Translations under genes and position numbers: made by a program | Notes under the pieces: generated by a model | Told to the model about the DNA's origin: nothing | Databases searched by the model: none | Seen by the model: only the letters and a program-made list of their open reading frames with translations | Shown here: positions 39,026 through 48,459 of the stretch, in pieces | How positions within the stretch are numbered: the first letter of the stretch is position 1 | How the letters are laid out: each line of letters starts with the position of its first letter | From: an uncultured Actinomyces sp. | Lineage (GTDB): Bacteria; Actinomycetota; Actinomycetes; Actinomycetales; Actinomycetaceae | Direction: 5' to 3' | Assembly (NCBI GenBank): GCA_963552815.1 | Contig: CAUVMS010000002.1 | Coordinates: 20 to 64,019 of the forward strand | Length of the DNA: 64,000 bases

Positions 39026-40729
39026 ATGACCACCACCGTCACCCCACCCGCTCGCACCGTGCGCCCACCACGCAAGGCCCGCCCCAATGGCCAGTGGGCC
39101 CTCGACGGCCGTGAGCCGCTCAACGACAACGAGGCCTTCAAACAGGCCGGGGCTCCCCTTCAGGTGCGCGAGAGGATCCTGACGACCTACGCCCCTGGCG
39201 GCTTCGAGACCATCGCACCCGACGACCTCAACGGCCGTTTCCGCTGGTGGGGTCTGTACACCCAGCGCAAGCAGGGGATCGACGGCGGCCGTACGGCCCA
39301 GCTGGACGCCTCCGAGCTGTCCGACCGCTACTTCCTGCAGCGGGTGAGACTGGACGGCGGGAGCCTGAGCCGCGAGCAGCTGCGCGTGCTGGGCTCGGTC
39401 TCCAACGACTTCGCCCGCGGCACCGCCGACATCACCGATCGCCAGAACATCCAGCTCCACTGGGTGGAGATCGGCAGCGTGCCCGAGCTGTGGCAGCGTC
39501 TGGAGTCGGTGGGGCTGACCACGATCGAGGGCTGTGGGGACACGCCCCGGGGGTTCCTGGTCTCCCCGGTGGCCGGTATCGCCGGGGACGAGGTCATCGA
39601 TCCGACCCCGCTGGCCCGGGCCATCAAGGACACCTACCTGGGAGACCCCGAACTGGCCAATCTGCCCCGTAAGTTCAAGACGGCCATCACCGGCTCTCCC
39701 AGCCTCGACATCCTCCACGAGATCAACGACATCTCCTTCGTCGGCGTCAACCACCCCGAGCTCGGTCCCGGCTACGACCTGTGGGTGGCCGGCGCCCTGT
39801 CGACGGCCCCGCGTCTGGGGCAGCGGCTGGGGGCCTTCGTCACGCCGGAGGACGCCCTCGACGTCTGGTACGGCGTCATCCGCATCTTCCGCGACTACGG
39901 TTACCGTCGCCTGCGTAACAAGGCCCGGCTGAAGTTCCTCATGGCCGAGTGGGGGCCGGAGAGGTTCCGGCGGGTCCTTGAGGAGGACTACCTGGGACGC
40001 GCCCTGCCCGATGGGCCGGCCCCCGAGGAGCCGAGCGGGGACTCCGACCACATCGGCGTCCACGAGCAGAAGGACGGCCGCTTCTGGGTGGGGGCCAAGC
40101 CGCCGGTCGGCCGGTTGAGCGGGGACGTCCTGCTGGGCCTGGCAGACCTGGCCGAACGGGTCGGCTCCAACCGAGTGCGCACCACCCCGCTGCAGAACCT
40201 TCTGCTCCTGGACGTCCCGGCTGACAGAGTCGACGACGCCGTCGCCGGCCTGCGAGAGCTGGGGCTCGATCCCGACCCGGGCGCCTTCACCCGCTCGACC
40301 CTGGCCTGCACCGGGCTGGAGTTCTGCAAGTTCGCGATCGTGGAGACCAAGAAGCTGGCGGCGCGCGTATCGGCCGAGCTCGACGCGCGTCTGGCGGACA
40401 CCGACCTCGAGCGACGCATCACCCTGACCGTCAACGGCTGCCCGAACTCCTGCGCCCGCATCCAGATCGCGGACATCGGTCTCAAGGGCCAGATCATCAC
40501 GGTCGACGGCGAGCAGATGCCCGGCTTCCAGGTGCACCTGGGCGGGGGCCTGGCCACCGACGGACGCGCCGAGGCCGGCCTGGGCCGCACGGTCCGGGGT
40601 CTCAAGGTTCCCGCCTCCGGACTGACCGACTACGTCGAGCGCCTGGTGCGCCGCTACCTGGATCAGCGCATCCCCGAGGAGACCTTCGCCCAGTGGGCGC
40701 ACCGAGCCGATGAGGAGGCCCTGCAGTGA
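39026..40729 (+). CDS. Ferredoxin-type sulfite reductase (SirA/CysI)
   Basis: RWWGLYTQR, ITDRQNIQ, LPRKFK, CTGLEFC and GCPNSC siroheme/Fe-S motifs. Confidence 0.93.
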   Translation: MTTTVTPPARTVRPPRKARPNGQWALDGREPLNDNEAFKQAGAPLQVRERILTTYAPGGFETIAPDDLNGRFRWWGLYTQRKQGIDGGRTAQLDASELSDRYFLQRVRLDGGSLSREQLRVLGSVSNDFARGTADITDRQNIQLHWVEIGSVPELWQRLESVGLTTIEGCGDTPRGFLVSPVAGIAGDEVIDPTPLARAIKDTYLGDPELANLPRKFKTAITGSPSLDILHEINDISFVGVNHPELGPGYDLWVAGALSTAPRLGQRLGAFVTPEDALDVWYGVIRIFRDYGYRRLRNKARLKFLMAEWGPERFRRVLEEDYLGRALPDGPAPEEPSGDSDHIGVHEQKDGRFWVGAKPPVGRLSGDVLLGLADLAERVGSNRVRTTPLQNLLLLDVPADRVDDAVAGLRELGLDPDPGAFTRSTLACTGLEFCKFAIVETKKLAARVSAELDARLADTDLERRITLTVNGCPNSCARIQIADIGLKGQIITVDGEQMPGFQVHLGGGLATDGRAEAGLGRTVRGLKVPASGLTDYVERLVRRYLDQRIPEETFAQWAHRADEEALQ

Positions 40730-41523
40730 GCGCCGTAACCACTGAGGGCACCCGGGTGCCCCCGGGCCCGCCGCACCGGGATCCTGCCGCCACCGCCTCG
40801 AAGTCACAGGACACAGGCCGGGCTCCGCTGCGACCCAAGGAGGAGCTGCGCGCCCTGGCCGAGGTCGGCGCGCGCGAGCTCGGTGACAATGCCCCTGCCC
40901 TCGACGTCGTCCAGTGGGCGGCCCAGAACTTCCCCGGCACACTCGCCGTGGCCTGCTCCATGGCCGATGCCGTCCTGCCTCACGTGGTCTCCCGGGTCCT
41001 GCCCGGCGTCGACGTCCTCTTCCTGGACACCGGGTACCACTTCGCGGAGACCGTGGGCACCCGCGACGCGGTGGCCGCCACCATGGACGTCACCGTCGTC
41101 GACGTGGCTCCTGAGCTGACCGTGGCCGAGCAGGACGAGCGCTACGGACCGGACCTGTGGTCGCGGGACCCGGCCGCCTGCTGCCGTCTGCGCAAGGTCG
41201 AGCCACTGGCCCGGGCCTTAAGCGGCTACGAGGCCTGGGCCACCGGCGTGCGTCGTGAGGAGGCCCCCACCCGCACCCGCACACCGCTGATCGGATGGGA
41301 CACCACCCACGAGATCGTCAAGATCAACCCCCTGGCCGCCTGGAGCATGGCGGACCTGACCGGCTACGCCGACCAGTACGGCGTGCTCATCAACCCTCTC
41401 CTGTACGACGGCTACCCCTCGATCGGCTGCGCCCCGTGCACAGCGCGAGTCAAACCCGGAGACGACCCCCGTTCCGGCCGCTGGGCCGGATTCACCAAGA
41501 CAGAATGCGGAATCCACCTATGA
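40726..41523 (+). CDS. cysH: APS/PAPS reductase (Fe-S type)
   Basis: LDTGYHF, CCRLRKVEP, GYPSIGCAPCT, RSGRW and ECGIH motifs. Confidence 0.94.
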   Translation: MSAVTTEGTRVPPGPPHRDPAATASKSQDTGRAPLRPKEELRALAEVGARELGDNAPALDVVQWAAQNFPGTLAVACSMADAVLPHVVSRVLPGVDVLFLDTGYHFAETVGTRDAVAATMDVTVVDVAPELTVAEQDERYGPDLWSRDPAACCRLRKVEPLARALSGYEAWATGVRREEAPTRTRTPLIGWDTTHEIVKINPLAAWSMADLTGYADQYGVLINPLLYDGYPSIGCAPCTARVKPGDDPRSGRWAGFTKTECGIHL

Positions 41524-42524
41524 GCATCACCCTGACCCACACCCAGCCGGCCCCCTCCCCTGACCCCGCTCAGGCGCCGGACCTGGGACCAGCCGGACTC
41601 GCCGACCTTTCCGAGGCCCCCACAACTCCTGAGGCCCTGGACATTCTTGACGTCCTGGAGGCCGAGGCCATCCTCGTCATCCGGGAGATCGCCGCCGAGT
41701 GCCGCCGCCCCGTCCTGCTGTTCTCCGGAGGCAAGGACTCCGTGGTCATGCTGCACCTGGCGCGCAAGGCCTTCTGGCCCGCTCCGATCCCCTTCCCCGT
41801 CCTGCACGTGGACACCGGCCACAACTTCCCCGAGGTGCTGGCCTACCGTGACAAGACGGTCAAGGACCTCGGTCTGCGGCTCGTGGTGGCCCGCGTCCAG
41901 GACTACATCGACGACGGCCGTCTGCGCGAGCGCACCGACGGCACCCGCAACCCGCTCCAGACGATCCCCCTGCTCGACGCCATCGAGGAGGGCGGATTCG
42001 ACGGCGTCTTCGGCGGCGGACGCCGCGACGAGGAGAAGGCCCGGGCCAAGGAGCGCATCGTCTCCCTGCGCGACGAGTTCGGACAGTGGGACCCGCGCAA
42101 CCAGCGCCCCGAGCTGTGGAACCTGCTCAATCCCCGTCACCGTCCCGGGGAGCACGTGCGGGTCTTCCCCCTGAGTAACTGGACCGAGCTCGACGTGTGG
42201 CGCTACATCGAGCGCGAGGACATCGCGCTTCCCGGCCTCTACTACGCCCACGAGCGCGAGGTCTTCCGGCGTGACGGGATGTGGCTGGCGGCCAGCGGTG
42301 TCAACGCACTGCGCGCCGGCGAGCAGGTGGTCACCCGCACCGTGCGGTACCGCACCGTGGGCGACATGTCCTGCACGGGGGCCGTCGAGTCCGACGCCGC
42401 CACCAACCACGACATCGTCCTGGAGGTTGCCGCCTCCACCCTGACCGAGCGGGGAGCCACCCGCGCCGATGACCGCCTGAGCGAGGCGGCCATGGAGGAC
42501 CGTAAGAAGGAGGGCTACTTCTGA
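41520..42524 (+). CDS. cysD: Sulfate adenylyltransferase subunit 2
   Basis: FSGGKDS, GGGRRDEEKARAKER and KKEGYF motifs. Confidence 0.96.
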   Translation: MSITLTHTQPAPSPDPAQAPDLGPAGLADLSEAPTTPEALDILDVLEAEAILVIREIAAECRRPVLLFSGGKDSVVMLHLARKAFWPAPIPFPVLHVDTGHNFPEVLAYRDKTVKDLGLRLVVARVQDYIDDGRLRERTDGTRNPLQTIPLLDAIEEGGFDGVFGGGRRDEEKARAKERIVSLRDEFGQWDPRNQRPELWNLLNPRHRPGEHVRVFPLSNWTELDVWRYIEREDIALPGLYYAHEREVFRRDGMWLAASGVNALRAGEQVVTRTVRYRTVGDMSCTGAVESDAATNHDIVLEVAASTLTERGATRADDRLSEAAMEDRKKEGYF

Positions 42525-43882
42525 TGAGCACGCTCATCCTCACCGATATCCCCGCCGCAGCCGAGGCGCGCGCCGCCACCAGCGGCTCGCTGCTGCGACT
42601 GGCCACGGCCGGCAGCGTCGACGACGGCAAGTCCACGCTCGTGGGCCGCCTGCTGTTCGACTCCAAGTCCGTCCTGCGAGACCAGCTGGCCGCCGTCGAG
42701 CAGGTCAGCCTGGATAGGGGCCTGACCAGTGCCGATCTCGCACTGCTGACCGACGGGCTACGGGCCGAGCGGGAGCAGGGCATCACGATCGACGTCGCCT
42801 ACCGCTACTTCGCCACCCCGAGGCGCTCCTTCATCCTGGCCGACTGCCCCGGACACGTGCAGTACACCCGCAACACGGTCACCGGCTGCTCCACGGCCGA
42901 TGTCGTCGTGCTGCTGGTGGACGCGCGCAACGGGGTCCTGGAGCAGACGCGCCGCCACCTGGCGGTCGCCGCCCTCCTGCGGGTCCCGCACGTCATCGTC
43001 GCGGTCAACAAGATCGACCTGGTGGACTTCTCCGCCGAGGTCTACGCCGCCATCGAAGCCGACATCCGCGCCGTGGCCGCGGAGCTGGGCGCGGCCACGA
43101 TCCACGTCCTGCCGACCTCCGCGCTCCTGGGCGACAACATCGTCGAGGCCTCGGCCAGCACGCCCTTCTATACGGGGCCCACCCTGCTGGGGCTTCTGGA
43201 GTCCCTGCCCACCGCGCGCGATGAGGGTGCCTTCCGACTCCCGGTCCAGCTGGTCATCCGCCCCCAGGGCGCCGCCCCGACGCCCGAGCTGCACGACTAC
43301 CGCGGCTACGCCGGGCGGATCACCTCGGGCTCGGTGCGCGTCGGTGACCCCGTCGTGGTTCTGCCCTCGGGCAGGCGCTCGCGCGTGGCCGGTATCGACC
43401 TGGGCGAGCGCAGCCTGGAGAGGGCCGTTGAGGGCCAGTCCGTCACGGTTCGTCTGGCCGACGACGTCGACGTCGCCCGCGGCGACACCCTGGCCGCGGC
43501 GGGCGACGCGCCCCAGGTACTCACCGAGGTCACCGCCCACGTGTCCTGGCTGAGCGAGGAGCCCCTGCGCCCCCGAACGCGGGTGCTGCTCAAGCACGGC
43601 GCCCAGACGGTCCAGGCGATCGTGCGCACCATTGAGGGCCGCCTCGACCTGGACGACCTGACCACGGTCCCGGCGGATGCTCTTGAGCTCAACGACATCG
43701 GCCTGGTGCAGTTGCGCCTGGCCTCGCCGGTGCCGTTGGCCGACTACTCGGTCTCCCGGTCCGACGGCGCATTCCTCCTCATCGACGCCCACGAGGGCGG
43801 CACGCTCGGGGCCGGCATGGTGCAGCTGGCGAGCGCGGCCAGCAGCGAACCGGCTGCGGCCGCTTCCTCCGGCAGGAGCTGA
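42524..43882 (+). CDS. cysN: Sulfate adenylyltransferase subunit 1 (GTPase, no CysC fusion)
   Basis: GSVDDGKST, EQGITIDVAYRYF, DCPGH and NKID motifs. Confidence 0.95.
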   Translation: MSTLILTDIPAAAEARAATSGSLLRLATAGSVDDGKSTLVGRLLFDSKSVLRDQLAAVEQVSLDRGLTSADLALLTDGLRAEREQGITIDVAYRYFATPRRSFILADCPGHVQYTRNTVTGCSTADVVVLLVDARNGVLEQTRRHLAVAALLRVPHVIVAVNKIDLVDFSAEVYAAIEADIRAVAAELGAATIHVLPTSALLGDNIVEASASTPFYTGPTLLGLLESLPTARDEGAFRLPVQLVIRPQGAAPTPELHDYRGYAGRITSGSVRVGDPVVVLPSGRRSRVAGIDLGERSLERAVEGQSVTVRLADDVDVARGDTLAAAGDAPQVLTEVTAHVSWLSEEPLRPRTRVLLKHGAQTVQAIVRTIEGRLDLDDLTTVPADALELNDIGLVQLRLASPVPLADYSVSRSDGAFLLIDAHEGGTLGAGMVQLASAASSEPAAAASSGRS

Positions 43883-43885
43883 GGC

Positions 43886-44761
43886 ATGGCTCGTGAGCTC
43901 TCCCCCGATACGTCTGTGGCTTCGGGGCCCTCAGCAGCCCTACCCGTGCGCTCACTGTCACCCTCACCGCCCGTGCCGGGCCTCGCCCCTGCGCCTCCCT
44001 CTGCCTCTGCGGGCGGCTGGGTGGCGCTGGTGGGCGGTGGCCCGGGCAGCAGCGACCTCATCACCGCCCGCGGCCTGGAGCTGCTGGGCCAAGCGGACGT
44101 GGTCGTCGTCGACGCCCTGGCTCCTCGCGGGCTGCTGGAGGACCTGCACCCGGACACGGAGGTCATTGACGCCTCCAAGCGGCGCGGCCGGCACGTCATG
44201 AGCCAGGAGGAGATCGATGCGCTCCTGGTCGACCTGGCCCGCCACGGCAAGGGGGTGGTCCGGCTCAAGGGCGGCGACCCCTACGTGCTCGGGCGCGGTG
44301 GAGAGGAGGCCGCTGCCTGCCACGAGGCCGGTGTCGCCGTCGAGGTCGTCCCGGGGATCACCAGCGCCATCGCCGTGCCCGCTGCGGCGGGGATTCCCGT
44401 CACCCACAGGGGGCTGTCGCGCGGCTTCTCGGTCATCACGGCTCATGCGGATCTCGGGGTGCTCCCCCAGCGCCGCGATCACACCCTCATTCTGCTCATG
44501 GGTGTCTCCCGGCTGCGGGACTCGGTCGCCTCCCTGCTGGAGGCCGGCAGCGATGCGGCCACTCCGGCAGCGATCATCGAGCGCGGCTACCACCCCGACC
44601 AGCGCGTGACCACCACCGAGCTGCGATGTCTGGCCGACGTCGCCGCCCGGTACGGCGTGACCGCCCCCGCAGTCATCGTCATCGGCGACGTCGTCACTCT
44701 GAGCCCGTACTGGGCTGACCGAGTCGTCGAGGAGATCCGGCCGGCGAGCCCCGCCGCTTGA
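43886..44761 (+). CDS. cobA: Uroporphyrinogen-III C-methyltransferase
   Basis: LVGGGPG, RLKGGDP.V.GRGGEE, VPGITS and IPVTHRG motifs. Confidence 0.92.
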   Translation: MARELSPDTSVASGPSAALPVRSLSPSPPVPGLAPAPPSASAGGWVALVGGGPGSSDLITARGLELLGQADVVVVDALAPRGLLEDLHPDTEVIDASKRRGRHVMSQEEIDALLVDLARHGKGVVRLKGGDPYVLGRGGEEAAACHEAGVAVEVVPGITSAIAVPAAAGIPVTHRGLSRGFSVITAHADLGVLPQRRDHTLILLMGVSRLRDSVASLLEAGSDAATPAAIIERGYHPDQRVTTTELRCLADVAARYGVTAPAVIVIGDVVTLSPYWADRVVEEIRPASPAA

Positions 44762-44803
44762 GCCCACCTCGGCGCACGCAGACCGAACGTCCTGGAGTCA
44801 CTG

Positions 44804-45844
44804 ATGCGCAAGCTTGCTCTTCTCGCCCTCGTCGGCCTGGCCGCTCAGTTGATCGACGGCTCCCTCGGGATGGGGTACGGCATGACCTCGTCCTCCCTGC
44901 TGCTTCTGGCCGGCCTGAGCCCGGCGCTGGCCTCGGCCTCAGTGCACCTGGCTGAGATCGGCACGTCACTGGTGTCAGGAGCCTCCCACTGGCGGCTGGG
45001 CAACACCGACCCCCGCCTCATGGTCCGGCTGGGGCTGCCCGGTGCGGTAGGGGCCTTCAGCGGCGCCACAGCCCTGTCTCACCTGTCGACCCGCGCGGCG
45101 ACCCCGGTGACGGCGAGCCTGCTGATCCTGCTGGGGGCCTACGTCCTGGGGCGTTTCGCCCTGCGCCCGCCCCGAGGCTCTGGTAACCGATCCCCACACG
45201 GCCGGCGGCTCCTGGTTCCCCTGGGGCTGGTGGGTGGTTTCGTCGACGCCACCGGTGGTGGCGGCTGGGGACCGGTGGTGACGACGACGCTGCTCACTGG
45301 CGGTCGCACGGCGCCGCGCACAGTGGTCGGCTCGGTGGGGGCCTCGGAGTTCCTGGTGACGGTGGCGGCCTCGGCCGGTTTCCTCACCGGCCTGGGATCG
45401 GTGGGCACCAGCCTCGGGATCGTCCTGGTCCTGTTGGCCGGCGGACTGGTGGCTGCACCGATCGCCGCCTGGCTGGTCTCCCGTCTGCCCGGAGCGGTGC
45501 TGGGCACCGCCGTCGGCGGGCTGATCCTGGCCACGAACCTGCGGGTCCTGTTGTTCTGGGCCGAGGCCTCAGCCCGGACCGGGGTCATGTTGTACGCCGC
45601 GCTCGGGGTGGTCTGGGCGGCTTTCCTGGCCCTGGCGGTCCGCAAGGCGCGGACTGCCGCCAAGGATGTCCGGGAGGAGACCGATCAGGTGCTTGAGAAG
45701 GTCCGATCCGCTCATCGGCACGACCACGCATCTGAGGCCGCCGTACCGGACGAGCCGGTCACCGCCGGTGGTCCCGGCGGGTCGACGTCGGTCGAGCCGG
45801 CCCGTTCTCGCACGCGCGCAGATCTGGTGGTGGAGCCGGTATGA
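44804..45844 (+). CDS. TauE/SafE family sulfur-compound transporter
   Basis: DGSLGMGYG and DATGGGGWGP repeats; polytopic membrane protein. Confidence 0.88.
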   Translation: MRKLALLALVGLAAQLIDGSLGMGYGMTSSSLLLLAGLSPALASASVHLAEIGTSLVSGASHWRLGNTDPRLMVRLGLPGAVGAFSGATALSHLSTRAATPVTASLLILLGAYVLGRFALRPPRGSGNRSPHGRRLLVPLGLVGGFVDATGGGGWGPVVTTTLLTGGRTAPRTVVGSVGASEFLVTVAASAGFLTGLGSVGTSLGIVLVLLAGGLVAAPIAAWLVSRLPGAVLGTAVGGLILATNLRVLLFWAEASARTGVMLYAALGVVWAAFLALAVRKARTAAKDVREETDQVLEKVRSAHRHDHASEAAVPDEPVTAGGPGGSTSVEPARSRTRADLVVEPV

Positions 45845-46527
45845 GTACTCGCCCTCTGGTACTGCTCGCCCACGGCTCGCGCCGGCCCGGGTCGTCCTCA
45901 GTCATGTCTCGCGCCGCCGAGCGCGTCCGCACGATCATGCCGGAGGTGGAGGTGCGCACCGGCTACATCGAGCTCCAGTCCCCGGACCCGGCCACGGCGC
46001 TGGAGGGGCTGGTGGATCCGGTGGTGCTGCCCTTCTTTCTGGCCCGCGGTTATCACGTTCTCCATGACGTACCGGCCGCGGTGGAGCGTCACGGCTCAGG
46101 GACGGTCGCCGGACACCTGGGGGTCGAGGTCCACCTGGTGGAGGCCGTCGCTCAGCGGCTTCATGAGGCGTCCGCACCCCTGGGCGGGCTCGCAGGGATT
46201 GACCATATTGTTCTGGGCGCGGCCGGGTCGCGTCAGGCGGCGGCGCTGGAGGAGGTGGAGGCCATCAGCCATCTGCTCGAGGCGCGTCTGGGACGCGAGG
46301 TGAGGCCCGCCTACCTCTCGGCTGCGCGCCCCAGCGTCCGTGACGCGGTGAGCACGGCCCGGGCCCGAGGTGCCAGGCGGGTGGGCGTGACCACCTACCT
46401 GCTGGCGGAAGGACGTTTCCACCGGGCCCTGCACTCCACGGGCGCCGACGTCGTGGCCGCTCCCATTGGCGACCACCCGGCGGTCGCCGAGCTGGTGGTC
46501 CACCGCTACCGGGAGCTGGTCACCTGA
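45841..46527 (+). CDS. Sirohydrochlorin chelatase (CbiX/SirB-like)
   Basis: AHGSR and P.FLARGYHV.HDVP motifs; duplicated domain. Confidence 0.86.
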   Translation: MSTRPLVLLAHGSRRPGSSSVMSRAAERVRTIMPEVEVRTGYIELQSPDPATALEGLVDPVVLPFFLARGYHVLHDVPAAVERHGSGTVAGHLGVEVHLVEAVAQRLHEASAPLGGLAGIDHIVLGAAGSRQAAALEEVEAISHLLEARLGREVRPAYLSAARPSVRDAVSTARARGARRVGVTTYLLAEGRFHRALHSTGADVVAAPIGDHPAVAELVVHRYRELVT

Positions 46528-46616
46528 CCGCGAGCGCACCCCACCGCCGAGCCGGGCGTTTTTCGCGAAGGGCAACCGTTTTTCCGTACCCCTACGCGAA
46601 ACATGTCGCTCTCGGC
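46527..46616. repeat. 90-bp hairpin-forming direct repeat B, copy 2
   Basis: Matches 38602-38691. Confidence 0.95.
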
Positions 46617-46628
46617 GGAGAAGGAACG

Positions 46629-47432
46629 TCAGTCACCACCATCCTCAAGGAGACGCTCGGACAGGCGCTGGATGATGGGGGCGACCTCCTGCGAGGTGGT
46701 GGCTGCGGCGCTCACGCGCCCGAAGATGCCCACCGCCAGGAGCCCGAAGGCCGTCTCCTCGTCCTGCTGGCTCGGCTCGCGGCGTCCGTGAGAACGGGCC
46801 ACCATGAGGGAGGTCTCTCTCAGCCAGCGGCGCCAGGAACCGGCCAGCCGGTCCCGGGAGTCCTCATGGCGTATCGCGTAGAGCCAGGTCTCCAGGTGCA
46901 GGACAACATCCTCCATGGGAAGCTCCTGGAGCTGCTCGCCCCACTGGTCGGGGCTCGCCATCTCCCGAGCAGCCTCATCCGGACTCTCCTCACCACAGGT
47001 GACGACCTCCAGGAACAGGGCCTCCTTGGAGGGGAAGGAGGAGTAGAAGGCGCCCTTGGTGAATCCAGCCGCCGAGGCGATGTCACTGACCGACGCCCCC
47101 TCGTAGCCCTTGGCAGCGAAGACCTCCCTGGCAGCAGCAAGAATCCGCGCCCTGGTCTCCTCGCTGCGACGACGCCCGCCGCCCCGACCCGGGGCAGCGC
47201 CGCTGACTGCGGTGGAGGCGGAGGCCAGCTTCCGGGAGGCGAGGTCCAGGGAGGCCGCTACCGCACTCTCACCACTCCGGCGCGCTTCCTGACCGGCCGC
47301 CCCCACCGCACGGGAGAAGGCGGTGATCGCCTCATTGAGGGCGCGCGTCGCCTCCCTGATGTCATCAGAGGCGGAGGCCCCGGAGTCATCACGGTCACTG
47401 TTCGGCCCGCGGGCGGAGCTCCTGGCGGTCAT
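46629..47432 (-). CDS. TetR/AcrR family regulator with N-terminal extension
   Basis: ILAAAREVF..KGYEGASVSDIA..AGFTKGAFY..F.SKE HTH; TACAGT 6 nt upstream of ATG 47432. Confidence 0.88.
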   Translation of the reverse strand: MTARSSARGPNSDRDDSGASASDDIREATRALNEAITAFSRAVGAAGQEARRSGESAVAASLDLASRKLASASTAVSGAAPGRGGGRRRSEETRARILAAAREVFAAKGYEGASVSDIASAAGFTKGAFYSSFPSKEALFLEVVTCGEESPDEAAREMASPDQWGEQLQELPMEDVVLHLETWLYAIRHEDSRDRLAGSWRRWLRETSLMVARSHGRREPSQQDEETAFGLLAVGIFGRVSAAATTSQEVAPIIQRLSERLLEDGGD

Positions 47433-47538
47433 GCCCCCACTGTAGAGGAGGCCCCTTAGAAAGGGGGTCACGGCACTTCCTCCTCCACGTTCGTCACTTC
47501 CTCCACCGGGCCGCGACCATGTGGGCATCCCGGCCGGC

Positions 47539-48351
47539 TCAGGGTCGCCTTCCCAGCGCCCATGACGCTCCGACGACGGCCACCAGGCACCATCCGCCCA
47601 GCAGGATCCAGGAACGAGTGGGCATGGCGGCGTCGTGCGAGAACAGACCGGCGCGCACCACCTGAGCCATGGGCTCGAAGGGCATCCAGCGGTGGATCTC
47701 CTGGGCCCAGTCGGGGAGCCTGTCGGCGGGGAAGCTGACGGGTGAGAACAGCATGATGCCGAAGGCGAGTACCTGGGAGAGGATCTGAGCCAGGGCCGGA
47801 GCCAGGAGCGTGGCGATGGCGTAGCCGATGCAGGCCGCTGTCAGGGCGACCAGCACAGCGCCGGGCACCAGCCACCACTGCGGGGCGAGGTCGACGTCGA
47901 AGCGGGCGTTGGCGACGATGACACCCACGACCAGGCCGGGCAGTGCAAGAGCCGTCCAGATCGTGAGGTCTGCCAGGAGGAAGGCGACCCTGGGGACGGG
48001 CAGGGTGCGCATCCAGTCCAGGCTGCCCTCAGTGCGGGACTGGGAGACCCACTGGGGCGTCATGATGAGTCCCAGCGAGATGAGCGCGATCGCCGGCCCG
48101 CCGCCGGCCAGGTAGAGACTCGCCTCGCGGCCTGGGTGGCCCGCGATGAGCCCGTATCCCAGGACCATTGAGACGGACAGCAGCGTCTGGACGATGATGA
48201 AGAGAGGAAGCACGGGCAGGCTGCGTCGGAACTGCCACTGAACAAGCAGGCCGAGCTGGTACCAGAGCGGAGTCGCCCGAGACGCCTCCCGGAGGCCGGT
48301 GCCACCGGCCTGGTCCGGATCAGCAGTCGTACTGGTTGGAGTAGACATCAT
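47539..48351 (-). CDS. ABC-2 type permease
   Basis: About six hydrophobic segments; FSPVSFP..RLPDW motif. Confidence 0.85.
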   Translation of the reverse strand: MMSTPTSTTADPDQAGGTGLREASRATPLWYQLGLLVQWQFRRSLPVLPLFIIVQTLLSVSMVLGYGLIAGHPGREASLYLAGGGPAIALISLGLIMTPQWVSQSRTEGSLDWMRTLPVPRVAFLLADLTIWTALALPGLVVGVIVANARFDVDLAPQWWLVPGAVLVALTAACIGYAIATLLAPALAQILSQVLAFGIMLFSPVSFPADRLPDWAQEIHRWMPFEPMAQVVRAGLFSHDAAMPTRSWILLGGWCLVAVVGASWALGRRP

Positions 48352-48459
48352 GTTCTCCTTCATTTCCTGATTCTGTGGGGACGGAGGTCATGCCCGCGCA
48401 GCAGCAAGGGGGCGACGCGGACGACGTGGATGTCGGGTTGGACCGGGTCTTGCTCGGCT

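Noticed and set aside
33156..46616. Repeats A and B as a CRISPR array or integron attC sites
   Set aside because: Only two copies each, 90-95 bp long and separated by whole genes; no cas or integrase gene and no convincing RYYYAAC/GTTRRRY boxes
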